Source: a bacterium
Lineage (GTDB): Bacteria > Hydrothermota > 32-111
Length of the DNA: 64,000 nucleotides
Assembly: GCA_050239825.1 (NCBI GenBank)
Contig: JBFXGO010000004.1
Span: 1 to 64,000, forward strand
Reading direction: 5' to 3'
The notes under the pieces are model-generated. The model was not told where the DNA came from, ran no database searches, and was given only the letters and a program-made list of their open reading frames with translations. The position numbers and the translations under genes are program-made. Shown piece by piece: positions 19,304-28,916 of this stretch (positions are counted from its first letter, which is position 1; the number at the start of each line of letters is the position of its first letter).

Positions 19304-20970
19304 ACATAGTATGACCTTAGAACCCTTTTCACATAATTCTTTGTCTCAATGAACGGCACCGATTCAAGGTGAAGCTCCCAATCAGCATATACTCTCTTCC
19401 ATTTTTTGACATTTCCTTTTCCGGCGTTGTACGACATTATCCCTTCGGCCGGGTTGTTTGGAAAATCCTTCATATACACCGATAAATGGTGCGCTCCTGC
19501 GTCGATGTTTTTTTCTATATCAAAAAAATCATTGTCTTTATAATACTCGGAGTATGTGAAATCCATCAACTGCATTATCCCCTTTGCTCCCGCTGATGAA
19601 ACTGCGGAAGGATTGAATGAGCTCTCCTCCCTTGCCATTGCAAGAAGAAGAGGAAGCTCGACATTGTACTTTTTTGACGCTCTTCTGAACAGTTCTATAT
19701 AAGGGACAGGGTACATAACTTCAATAAAGTTTAATGAAACATCAGATGCAGGAAGATTCTCTGCAAAATATATCGCAAGATTGTGTATTTTTAAAGAGTC
19801 TGTCAGAAGCGCGGCATCTCTTCTTGAGATTTTTTCTGAAGCTGTTATTCTGAATATAAATTTGCTGAAATACTCTTCTCTTCCGGTATTCTTGAAACTT
19901 CCATATAGCTCGAGAATATCTGAATCAAAACTATCTTTGATCTCTTCAACTGCAAATGTTTTATTCAGATACAGGAATGAGCGGATCGCATAAAGATTCT
20001 TCGGAAACTCTCTTGAGAGTCTTTGAAGAATTTCCTCGCCCTCCTCTGTTTTCTTCATCTGCAGAAGTAGTTTTGCCTTATGGTACATGAATGGGGCGCT
20101 TAAACCGGGATAGTTGAGAAGAATGGAATCAGACAGTTGGCTCACCTTGCTGTTGTTCTTCAGCAAAGCGGTTATTCGCAGTACCGCCTCCTCATCCTCC
20201 GCTTTTATATAGGATTTAAGAGCTTTTTCGAGTTCCCCTGAATCTTCATAGCTTCTTCCAAGATAGTATTCCAGTGATTTGTTTCTCAGAGAATCCGAGA
20301 CAAATATTGAGTATTTTATTTTGTATTTTTTTTCTGTCCTGATAAAAAGATTTAAATTGTAATTTATAAGAGATTTTATTTTAACTGTGTCTCCTGTGAC
20401 AACAGCGGCCATGAACCGGACTTCGGGAAAAGGAGATAAAGAGTCAAAATATTTTTCATTTTCCTTTCCCTTCATATTAGCTAGAAGGAATTCAATCGTT
20501 TCTTCCTTGGACATGAAGTCTTTTGCTTTCGAGTATAGTTTTCTTGAATAATCGTCATTCGGATGTTTGTTTATGAATTCAATCATACTCCTCAAAGAGT
20601 TTGTGTTCACCCTCTTTCTGTCGTATGTTTTGCTTTCAATTTTATATCCCAGTCTTCTGAAGTGTGAGATGAAGAGTGTGTCGTTCGAAAATGAAATTGA
20701 TCTTTTTACAGCTTGTTCAAAATCATTTTCATATTCCTTAAAAAGTATCTTTGCCTCTTTGATATTTTCGTTGTCTGCAAGTTCACTTAACAGGATCTCC
20801 CTTAGAACAAGTCTTAGTTCTTTACTCTTGACAGAATCCGCCATATTTGCGGATTTGACAGGATTGTCAAGAAAAATCCTGGTGAATAACACATCAGACT
20901 CCGATAGGGAGCTTGAATGCAGAGACATAGACAAAGAAATTATTATAAGAAGAATCAGATGCATAGGCAA
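19276..20970 (-). CDS. Lytic transglycosylase (SLT domain) with TPR
   Basis: AREESSFNP, GIMQLM, SYNAG, ETKNYVKRV. Confidence 0.9.
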   Translation of the reverse strand: MPMHLILLIIISLSMSLHSSSLSESDVLFTRIFLDNPVKSANMADSVKSKELRLVLREILLSELADNENIKEAKILFKEYENDFEQAVKRSISFSNDTLFISHFRRLGYKIESKTYDRKRVNTNSLRSMIEFINKHPNDDYSRKLYSKAKDFMSKEETIEFLLANMKGKENEKYFDSLSPFPEVRFMAAVVTGDTVKIKSLINYNLNLFIRTEKKYKIKYSIFVSDSLRNKSLEYYLGRSYEDSGELEKALKSYIKAEDEEAVLRITALLKNNSKVSQLSDSILLNYPGLSAPFMYHKAKLLLQMKKTEEGEEILQRLSREFPKNLYAIRSFLYLNKTFAVEEIKDSFDSDILELYGSFKNTGREEYFSKFIFRITASEKISRRDAALLTDSLKIHNLAIYFAENLPASDVSLNFIEVMYPVPYIELFRRASKKYNVELPLLLAMAREESSFNPSAVSSAGAKGIMQLMDFTYSEYYKDNDFFDIEKNIDAGAHHLSVYMKDFPNNPAEGIMSYNAGKGNVKKWKRVYADWELHLESVPFIETKNYVKRVLRSYYVYKFIIKVS

Positions 20971-21758
20971 CCCTTGAACACAGGAGTCACCTTCCCTTCC
21001 AGAAAAACATTGCTGTAATTATTATCATAATAAACTTTGAGAATCTCTTTTGAACGGGTTTTAAGTTTCACGGATTCTTTTCTGCCAAAGAGCATTCCGT
21101 ATATCAAGGCAGACGCCACAGAACCTGTTCCGCAGGCGAGAGTCTCATTTTCCACGCCCCTCTCGTATGTGCGTATATAGAGAAGATCTCCTTTTTTACT
21201 TACAAAATCAATATTGGCGCCTTCCGGAGAGAATTCATCTGAATGCCTCAGCTCCCTGCCCAAATTGAAGACATCCGTATTTTCAATATCTTTTACAAAA
21301 ACCACAAAATGGGGGACTCCTGTATTTATGAATGAACCCTCGATAATACCTTTTTTTGTGCGCACCTTCATATTTTTCTTCAATGAGTGCGGTCTCTGCA
21401 GCTGTAACTTTACTACATTATTTTTTTTTATGACTGCCTTATGAAAAGCTTTTCTGGATTCAAAGGTAACTGTATTCTTTTTTACCGCGCCGATCAGCTT
21501 CGCAAAGAGAACTATTGACCTTCCGCCGTTTCCGCACATATCCGCCTCTCTGCCGTCGCTGTTGAAATAGACCATTTTAAAATCAAGGTTTTTTTTAGAC
21601 TCTTCAAGAAGAATAAGTCCGTCAGCCCCCACCCCGGTGCCTCTTCGGCATATCATTTCAATGTACATTCGAGGCGGCCTCTTAAGGCCGCCTCTGTTAT
21701 CAACCATTATGAAATCATTGCCGCTGCCTGAAATCTTGTAGAATTCCTTAATCTTCAT
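20955..21758 (-). CDS. dapF: Diaminopimelate epimerase
   Basis: GSGNDF, MCGNG, ERGVENETLACGTG. Confidence 0.95.
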   Translation of the reverse strand: MKIKEFYKISGSGNDFIMVDNRGGLKRPPRMYIEMICRRGTGVGADGLILLEESKKNLDFKMVYFNSDGREADMCGNGGRSIVLFAKLIGAVKKNTVTFESRKAFHKAVIKKNNVVKLQLQRPHSLKKNMKVRTKKGIIEGSFINTGVPHFVVFVKDIENTDVFNLGRELRHSDEFSPEGANIDFVSKKGDLLYIRTYERGVENETLACGTGSVASALIYGMLFGRKESVKLKTRSKEILKVYYDNNYSNVFLEGKVTPVFKGCLCI

Positions 21759-22131
21759 AAGAAGCTATTGCCTCCATCTCAATCTCCGCATTTTTAGGAA
21801 GAGCGGAGACTCCCACAGCGCTTCTGGCAGGCGGATTTTCATCAAAATACTCTTTATACACCGAATTGACTCTTGAGAATAATGACATATCCTTTAGAAA
21901 AATGTTCACCTTCACAAGATGATTCATGCTCAAATGCTCTTCACTCAGCAGAGCTTTGATGTTTTCCATGACTCTCTTGGTCATCTCCTCAATTTCTCCG
22001 CTTATGATATCTCCTGAAGAAGGGTCAATCGGAAGCGTCCCTGATATAAAAAGCAGATTGCCCGACCTTATAGCCTGAGAGTATGGTCCTGCGGGCTTGC
22101 CTGCATTTTTTGTCTGAATGACTCTCTTCAT
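21748..22131 (-). CDS. ridA: RidA/YjgF enamine-imine deaminase
   Basis: GPYSQA, PPARS, EIEMEAIA. Confidence 0.9.
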   Translation of the reverse strand: MKRVIQTKNAGKPAGPYSQAIRSGNLLFISGTLPIDPSSGDIISGEIEEMTKRVMENIKALLSEEHLSMNHLVKVNIFLKDMSLFSRVNSVYKEYFDENPPARSAVGVSALPKNAEIEMEAIASYED

Positions 22132-23054
22132 TCGGCACCAAGCAGACGGAGCATGACTGCCTTCTGTGCATGAAGGCGATTCTCCGCTTCGTCGAATACA
22201 ACAGAATTTTTTGAATCTATCACATCATCAGTCACCTCTTCTCCTCTGTGAGCAGGAAGACAATGCATGAAGAGAGAATCTTTTTTTGCGGTTTTAAAGA
22301 GTTTCATATTTACCTGATACGGTTTGAATGCCTTTGCTCTCGCCTCTTTTTCGGTTTCTTCTCCCATTGATGCCCACACATCCGTATAAATTACATCCGC
22401 ATTTTTTGCAGCTTCAAACGGATCATTTGTTATCACTATCTTTGCTCCGCTCTTCCTGGCAAGCTCTCTGCTCTTCTGGACATAGTATTCATCCGGTTCA
22501 TAACCCTTTGCCACCCCTATATAGAAGTCGGCTCCCATAAGAGATGAGATGAGCATCAGAGAGTGGCTCATGTTGTTTCCTGCTCCGAGAAAGGCAAATT
22601 TAAGTTTGCTTGTTCTTCCTATATGCTCATCGATTGTGAGAAAATCCGCAAGAACCTGGCACGGATGTTCGGCATCCGACAGAGCATTTATTACAGGCAC
22701 TTTTGAATATTTCGCCAGATCAACTATGGACTTATGCGAAAAAGTGCGCGCCATTATTATATTTACCATCCTGTCAAGATTTCTTGCTATATCCGGCACA
22801 CTCTCCCTTGATCCCAAGGAGATGTCCTTCGGTCCGAGGTATATGGCATGCCCTCCAAGCTGCGTGAATCCTGTCTCAAAGCTTACCCTTGTCCTGAGTG
22901 AGGGCTTCTCAAATATCATCGCCAAAGTCATCTGATTAAAGCAATCTCTGTATTTTCCCTTTTTAACTTCTTTCTTGACCTTCTTTGCTATTTTAAAGAG
23001 ATCTAAAACCTCTTTCTGCGATAGATCAAGAATCGACACCAAATCCTTTTTCAA
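22128..23054 (-). CDS. argF: Ornithine carbamoyltransferase
   Basis: KPSLRTR, HPCQ, WASMG, HCLP, AENRLH. Confidence 0.95.
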   Translation of the reverse strand: MKKDLVSILDLSQKEVLDLFKIAKKVKKEVKKGKYRDCFNQMTLAMIFEKPSLRTRVSFETGFTQLGGHAIYLGPKDISLGSRESVPDIARNLDRMVNIIMARTFSHKSIVDLAKYSKVPVINALSDAEHPCQVLADFLTIDEHIGRTSKLKFAFLGAGNNMSHSLMLISSLMGADFYIGVAKGYEPDEYYVQKSRELARKSGAKIVITNDPFEAAKNADVIYTDVWASMGEETEKEARAKAFKPYQVNMKLFKTAKKDSLFMHCLPAHRGEEVTDDVIDSKNSVVFDEAENRLHAQKAVMLRLLGAE

Positions 23055-23066
23055 AAGTACCTCCTT

Positions 23067-23552
23067 TTACTGTATTTCGAATTTTACCGCCTTAAAATCT
23101 TCTATGAGTTTTTCTGAAATGTCCAATGAAAGTTTGGCTGTCTGCTCAACTATCTTTTTTGCCTCCTCCAATTTCACCTCTTCGATTCTCTTAATCCTCA
23201 GGAGTAGCGCCAGGTTTTTCTCAATGCCTAAAGTAAAACCGTTCAAATACATATTGCTCTCAAGGAGAGCCCTGTAAAATGGCAGAATATTCTTCTCGGG
23301 AAGAAATACAATGGGGGAAATTACTTTAAGATAGATTTTTTCGTCCTCGCTTTTGAAAACATATATGTAAACATAGACAGTTCCAATATTGACCATCCAT
23401 CCGAGAGTATCCTTGCCCTCCATCTCGATTTTCGATTCGTCATGCGATGTCCCTAGGGCTGAGAGAAGCTCTCCGATAAGCATCGATGCTTCGTCAATCG
23501 TGTCGATTTTATCCGATGCAAAGAATGTCTTAAAAAGATTGTTCAATGTCAT
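23067..23552 (-). CDS. YbjN/type-III-chaperone-like domain protein
   Basis: W...G...VY, FYRALLESN pattern; 161 aa. Confidence 0.6.
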   Translation of the reverse strand: MTLNNLFKTFFASDKIDTIDEASMLIGELLSALGTSHDESKIEMEGKDTLGWMVNIGTVYVYIYVFKSEDEKIYLKVISPIVFLPEKNILPFYRALLESNMYLNGFTLGIEKNLALLLRIKRIEEVKLEEAKKIVEQTAKLSLDISEKLIEDFKAVKFEIQ

Positions 23553-24328
23553 CTGTTCTCCGTAAGCTTATGGCCGCAGAAGGCGCACCATCTGCTCTTT
23601 TTTAGATTTGTTTTTCCGCATGCCTCGCACTTGTTTGTCTTCTTCTTGTGTTTGTGTTCAATTTCCGGAAGAATTGTTCCGCACTTTAAGCACCATTTTT
23701 CATCCGATTCGGTGTAAGCTCCGCAGTTGGAGCAGTATCTGCTGTTTTCAATCGCTTTGAATTTAAGAAGAGACTCTTTTACAAGAGGCATTATGTCAGA
23801 AACTGGAATGGCGAATCCTATTCCCGAAGCGTCGGCTATTTTAAGAGTGTTTATGCCTATAACATTACCCTTCATGTCCAACAAAGGACCGCCGCTGTTG
23901 CCCGGATTTATCGCCACATCCGTTTGAATGTATTTGATATCCTGAATCTCCCTGTCTACCGCCGAAATTATCCCTTTGGTGACCGTATTTTCATACCCGA
24001 AAGGATTCCCATATGCTATAACAGAGTCCCCAATCGCGTATGTCTTTGTCAAAGGCATCTTTGCCTGAACTATTTTTTTTTCTGTATCTATCTTTATAAA
24101 AGCAATGTCCCTCGCAAAGTAGGAGAGAAGGACTTTTCCTTCTATGGTCTCCTTGTCAAACAAAGTAACCGTGCATGTCTTGAAGCTTCCAACCACATGA
24201 GAATTTGTTATAACTATTCCGCGTCTATCCGCTATAAATCCAGTTCCTATGCTCTCCTCAGTCTGTATTGTCACGATGAATCTGCGGACTCTTCTTATGA
24301 GCGAAGAAACGGAATCAGATTTTGCCAT
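23549..24328 (-). CDS. Trypsin-like serine protease with C-terminal double zinc ribbon
   Basis: TNSHV, DIA, GNSGGP; four CxxC pairs; no signal peptide or PDZ. Confidence 0.88.
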   Translation of the reverse strand: MAKSDSVSSLIRRVRRFIVTIQTEESIGTGFIADRRGIVITNSHVVGSFKTCTVTLFDKETIEGKVLLSYFARDIAFIKIDTEKKIVQAKMPLTKTYAIGDSVIAYGNPFGYENTVTKGIISAVDREIQDIKYIQTDVAINPGNSGGPLLDMKGNVIGINTLKIADASGIGFAIPVSDIMPLVKESLLKFKAIENSRYCSNCGAYTESDEKWCLKCGTILPEIEHKHKKKTNKCEACGKTNLKKSRWCAFCGHKLTENR

Positions 24329-25577
24329 TCCTTTTCAGTTCCTTTTTGAATTCTTCCGCCGCTTCATTAAGAGCATCCTTCGGGCTTTTGCCTCCCTTGA
24401 CTGCATACTCCAGAGCATTGCCGAGCAGTTTCCTTCCTATATACCATTCTTTGTCCTGTGGCTCCATATATGCGTATTCAAGCTGTTTATAGACTTCCCT
24501 GAGTCCTTCATATTTTTCAAACTGTTCCCTCAAAACAAAAGATTCCATTGAACTTTTCCTCACAGGAAGGTATCCTGTCCTCTGCGACCAGAGGGCCTGC
24601 ATTTCGGTTGAAGTGAAAAATTCTATAAAGGCGTAGGCGGCAGACTGCTTCTCCTTGGATGATTTGTTGAAGATTGCCACATTAGTGCCTGAAATAAGCA
24701 CCGCGTCCTTATCTCCGCTCGGCAGAGGCGCCATTCCCAGTCTGAATGGCGGTTTTGCATCCATTATAAACGATAAAGAGACGCATGAACCGTAAATTGT
24801 GCTCACCTTCTGTGAAAGAAAATCATCCTGATGCTGATAACCGGTGGTTGTGTATCCGCTCTTATCATCAATAACCATTTGCCTGTCTATCTCAATAGCT
24901 TTTATCCCTGCATCCGAATTAAATAACGGCTTCAATGATGCATCTGTAAGCTCTCCTCCGAACTGGAGAAGCCTGCATTCGAACATCCACACATTTATAT
25001 TGAATGCGGTTCCGTGGAAATCAGTCTCTCCGTCTTTGTTTGTGTCAAAAGTCATTTTTTTCATAGCCTCAAGAAAAGCGTCCCAGGTATCCGGAAACTT
25101 TTCGTATCCGTTTTTTTTGAAGACATCGGCATTATAGAAATAGGCGGGTACGGACTTATTGAATGGCATTGTCACAAGCTTGCCGTTAAATGTGTTGTCC
25201 TTAATAAACACTTCATAGATATCCTTTTTTACATCCTCTATGCTCAGCGAATCCATCAGATCCTCTATGGGAGTGAGAATTCCAGAAGCGACAAATTCAC
25301 TTGTCCATGATTCATAGACCTGTGACATCACCGGAGGATTAGAAATTGATGCCATTAGTTTTGTAGAAAGAGCCTCATATGTCCCGACTGATATCAGCTC
25401 AATTTTGATTTTTGGGTTCAGAGCATTGAATGAATCGGCAATCATATCAAGAGCCTCTCCCGAAGGTCCTCCCATGACATGCCAGAATGTCACGATTGTG
25501 ACATCTTTGTCTTTTCCGGCATCGCACCCTGCGAAGAGAACCGCCATTATAATCAAAATCAATACAAGTCTTTTCAT
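24315..25577 (-). CDS. ABC transporter substrate-binding lipoprotein (sugar/G3P family)
   Basis: Lipobox FAGC, TFWH, PFNKS...YNAD, GYLP. Confidence 0.9.
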   Translation of the reverse strand: MKRLVLILIIMAVLFAGCDAGKDKDVTIVTFWHVMGGPSGEALDMIADSFNALNPKIKIELISVGTYEALSTKLMASISNPPVMSQVYESWTSEFVASGILTPIEDLMDSLSIEDVKKDIYEVFIKDNTFNGKLVTMPFNKSVPAYFYNADVFKKNGYEKFPDTWDAFLEAMKKMTFDTNKDGETDFHGTAFNINVWMFECRLLQFGGELTDASLKPLFNSDAGIKAIEIDRQMVIDDKSGYTTTGYQHQDDFLSQKVSTIYGSCVSLSFIMDAKPPFRLGMAPLPSGDKDAVLISGTNVAIFNKSSKEKQSAAYAFIEFFTSTEMQALWSQRTGYLPVRKSSMESFVLREQFEKYEGLREVYKQLEYAYMEPQDKEWYIGRKLLGNALEYAVKGGKSPKDALNEAAEEFKKELKRNGKI

Positions 25578-25591
25578 TTCACACTCCATTT

Positions 25592-26653
25592 TTATTCGTT
25601 CAGAGGTTTTAAAACATAACCGTTATCTGTGTTCAAATAAAAGTATTTTTCAGAAGTCTCCTTCTTCATCCAGTTCAATTCCACCAGTTTGTTCAAATTA
25701 GCGGGGAATTCCCTATATTTCAGAAAATAGACCCTGAGCATATAATCTATGTTTTCAAGTTCATAGGCTTCCGTCGCCTGATATCTGACCTTTCCCATTG
25801 TCTCCATTCTCTTTATAACAGGCATCATGAGTATTCCGACTGCGGATATAAGCATTACCGCGAAAAGAAGTACGCTCCAGGAGAGTATCAACTTTCCGTT
25901 TATCTTCTTTTCGTCCCTGCTCTTGCTCTTTGTTTCAACAGCGGCGGTTTTTTTTGTTTTGACTATCAAATTCATCTTCAAAAGATTGTAGACCGCCTGG
26001 TAGGTGAGAAATTTTCCCAGACCGCTCGTTCTTATAAGTTCTTCAAGGGATTTATCCGGTGATATAATCTGAATGAGCCTCTCTTCTTCAGGTCCAAGAT
26101 TGGCTGGTATCGCAGCATTATCGGCAGTTTTGAAATAAATGTCCGTATTCGGAAGGAGAAGCTGAATGTTGGGCCATTCGTCGATTCTTCTCATCCCCTC
26201 CATCATCAAAGCCTGAGTGTTTATCTTTATCTGTATGGTTGAATTGGGATACATTATTACATCTTCAATAAACTCATACTCTCCCTCGTACCACGTAAAG
26301 AGTTCGTCAAAAATTTCCTGAATCTTGAATTGTATTATTTCAGACCATTGCTCCTGAGTGATATGCTTCTCTTCAAATAAAATCTTTTCAAGCGGAAGCC
26401 GTGTTTCTCTATTGATATCTAGAACTTTTCCGAATGATTCTTGAGATATCTTTCCGCTGTTTACAAGATACTCCTTTATCAACTCCTGCATGCCTGCCCT
26501 ATGATATACGGCCGCATTGACACTGCCTTTTATGAATCCCACTTCTATCTTGTCCGTTTTATTCGAAAGCGACAAAACGCCGTTCTTCTCGGTTTGAGCT
26601 ATGAACCCGATAATATTCGGCAGGTCATCCTTTGAGCGAATTTCACCTTTCAT
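25592..26653 (-). CDS. DUF4388-domain membrane protein
   Basis: MKGEI...LPNII, FTWYEGEYEF, LMMEGMRRIDEW; C-terminal TM. Confidence 0.85.
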   Translation of the reverse strand: MKGEIRSKDDLPNIIGFIAQTEKNGVLSLSNKTDKIEVGFIKGSVNAAVYHRAGMQELIKEYLVNSGKISQESFGKVLDINRETRLPLEKILFEEKHITQEQWSEIIQFKIQEIFDELFTWYEGEYEFIEDVIMYPNSTIQIKINTQALMMEGMRRIDEWPNIQLLLPNTDIYFKTADNAAIPANLGPEEERLIQIISPDKSLEELIRTSGLGKFLTYQAVYNLLKMNLIVKTKKTAAVETKSKSRDEKKINGKLILSWSVLLFAVMLISAVGILMMPVIKRMETMGKVRYQATEAYELENIDYMLRVYFLKYREFPANLNKLVELNWMKKETSEKYFYLNTDNGYVLKPLNE

Positions 26654-28725
26654 TTTTCTTCCTTTGTTATTATGAAACTTATAAAATAAAATATAATTAT
26701 GATACCCAGAAAAATATATCCGTATTCGAAATGGATACCTTTCAACAGATTGGGATTTTTGCTTATGAATATTTTGTCTGAAAAAATAAGAAGAGCCAAA
26801 GCAGATGTTAGAGTCACAAGAACATGCCCCTTGAAAGTGCTTCCCTCAAGAACTTTGCTAAAGCCGGGAAATACGAGAGAGGCGAACCTGCGCTTTTTGA
26901 AGAAAGCTTTTTTCCTGAGTCTTATCAGACTTTCAAATTTTCTTGCTTTGAATACATCCGAAAGGGTCTCTGAAAGCGAGAGATAATCCTCTTCACATAT
27001 ATACGATTCGCTGTACCTCTTTCTGTCTCCATCTGAGATGGGTTTTCCGCAGGTGTGGCATCTCTCTATCTTTAATTTCTTTTTGAAGACAAACGATAAA
27101 ATAAGTCCGAGAAGAGCGGTCAGAAGAGCAATAAAAGATATCAGATTTATACCGACACCCATCATAACCGGAGAATCCAAGACCTTCTTTGTTTTTAAAA
27201 ATTCATCCCACACGAACCTTTCCGGAATATTACAGTCTATTATTTCTGTGTTGTAGTACTTATCTTCGGAATTCTCTATATAAGGGGTTATCAAATCATA
27301 ATTAAGCTCCTTTGCCTTTCTCACATAATCATCGGATACTGTAAGCTCCATCTTCTTAAGGTATATCTGCCCGAGATTGTAATAGGGGTGCGCAAGCTTG
27401 GGAGAGGCCTCAATCGCCTTTTCATAGTTTTCAATGGCTTTTTCATAGTATCCTTTCAGATACATTATATTGCCGATGTTATTATAAAGTTCGGCGAAGC
27501 CGTCCTTCTTAAGCAGAATTTTATTATACTCCTCTTCAGCCTTTTCAAAATATCCACCCTTCTTGTACAATTTCGCTTTTGCATACAAAAGAGGAGTATT
27601 GAAAGGCTGCTCTTCTATGAGAGAGTTTATCTTGTTTAGAAGTTTGATATCCCAATAGGTATTGTCTGCTTTTATCATCACGCTCACATTGTCATTAGGA
27701 TTCATCATGGATAAAACTTTGTTCTCCACATTGAAGAATTGAGGCGTCAATGAAACAATGAGCATCATGAACAACAGGGTTGATTTTTCTTTTTTATCTG
27801 CAAAAAGAAATGTCAGGAGAGAAACAAAAAACAGCCATATCACGGGATTGAATTGCAGCAGTATCGGAAATATCAGAACGGCAAGACCGAGAAATAACTT
27901 CTGTCTTTCATCAAGAGGAAGTTTTACATGTCTTTTGAAGAAATAAAAATATTTGTCAGCCACTCTGAAAAACATCATAATTGTCATAACAAAAAACACA
28001 GTGAGAATAAGGTATCTGAAGAATTTGACTATATTATATATAAAGACAAATTTATTGAAGCTTTCCGACAATTGTTCCTTCATCATTTTAAATGAATATC
28101 CGATATACTCAAACCTTCGTTCGCGAAGAACAAGATTGAACAGATTTTCTATAATCTGGGGATTATACGGGTCAAGTTTGTTTGCCAGTATCAGATATTC
28201 AGCCGCTCTGTCTATATTCTTGGCTGAGTATTCGTCGAGAGCCGACAGATTGAGGTATAGAGCTACTTCGGGTAGAGCGACAGCTCCTATTTTGTACTTG
28301 ATGTTTTCGAACTGCTCTATCTCTCTCTCCATTGCATATTTAATGAGATGTTTGGAATATATCTGATAAAGCCTCAGGTGAACCGTATAGTCGATGCCTG
28401 CAAGGTCGCTTGCTTTGTTGAAATAGTATGAAGCTGAATCGGTATTTTTAGAATAATGAAAGGTGAATCCATATGCGACAAAGTAAAACGGATTGGTATT
28501 GGAATCGCTGATTAATTCTTTGTATTTGGCATTCATCAGCGAAAAGTCAGCATCAGGAATGTATCCTTCGCCGCGTAGTATCTTTCCGTACTCGGGATAA
28601 AAGTCAAACGCGTCATTCTCAAGGAGTATAACCTGCTTGAAAATATCGCTCACCTCCTGCCCTGCTGATGGAATGAAGCTGAACACCGACAGCAGGAGTA
28701 AAAGAATAATGCCCGATCTTTTCAT
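26650..28725 (-). CDS. Multi-TM TPR protein with Cys-containing cytoplasmic domain
   Basis: TPR motifs (YNNIGN, YYNLG), several TMs, CHTCG. Confidence 0.8.
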   Translation of the reverse strand: MKRSGIILLLLLSVFSFIPSAGQEVSDIFKQVILLENDAFDFYPEYGKILRGEGYIPDADFSLMNAKYKELISDSNTNPFYFVAYGFTFHYSKNTDSASYYFNKASDLAGIDYTVHLRLYQIYSKHLIKYAMEREIEQFENIKYKIGAVALPEVALYLNLSALDEYSAKNIDRAAEYLILANKLDPYNPQIIENLFNLVLRERRFEYIGYSFKMMKEQLSESFNKFVFIYNIVKFFRYLILTVFFVMTIMMFFRVADKYFYFFKRHVKLPLDERQKLFLGLAVLIFPILLQFNPVIWLFFVSLLTFLFADKKEKSTLLFMMLIVSLTPQFFNVENKVLSMMNPNDNVSVMIKADNTYWDIKLLNKINSLIEEQPFNTPLLYAKAKLYKKGGYFEKAEEEYNKILLKKDGFAELYNNIGNIMYLKGYYEKAIENYEKAIEASPKLAHPYYNLGQIYLKKMELTVSDDYVRKAKELNYDLITPYIENSEDKYYNTEIIDCNIPERFVWDEFLKTKKVLDSPVMMGVGINLISFIALLTALLGLILSFVFKKKLKIERCHTCGKPISDGDRKRYSESYICEEDYLSLSETLSDVFKARKFESLIRLRKKAFFKKRRFASLVFPGFSKVLEGSTFKGHVLVTLTSALALLIFSDKIFISKNPNLLKGIHFEYGYIFLGIIIIFYFISFIITKEEK

Positions 28726-28916
28726 TTTTTAAGAATCGCCGCCGGTATTAAAATGACATATCCCAGCACCAGAAGAACAGGAGAAATCGTTATGTCGCCT
28801 CCGGCCATCAGCACATAACCGAGAAGGATTGATACAAATGCGGCGGCGAAAATCACAAGACTCGTTCTGGAAAATGAGAGTTTCTCTCCGGATGTGTCTG
28901 TTTTTTTGTTTTTCAT
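28722..28916 (-). CDS. Small membrane protein (DUF3098-like)
   Basis: ILLGYVLM, ITISPVLLVLGY. Confidence 0.7.
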   Translation of the reverse strand: MKNKKTDTSGEKLSFSRTSLVIFAAAFVSILLGYVLMAGGDITISPVLLVLGYVILIPAAILKK

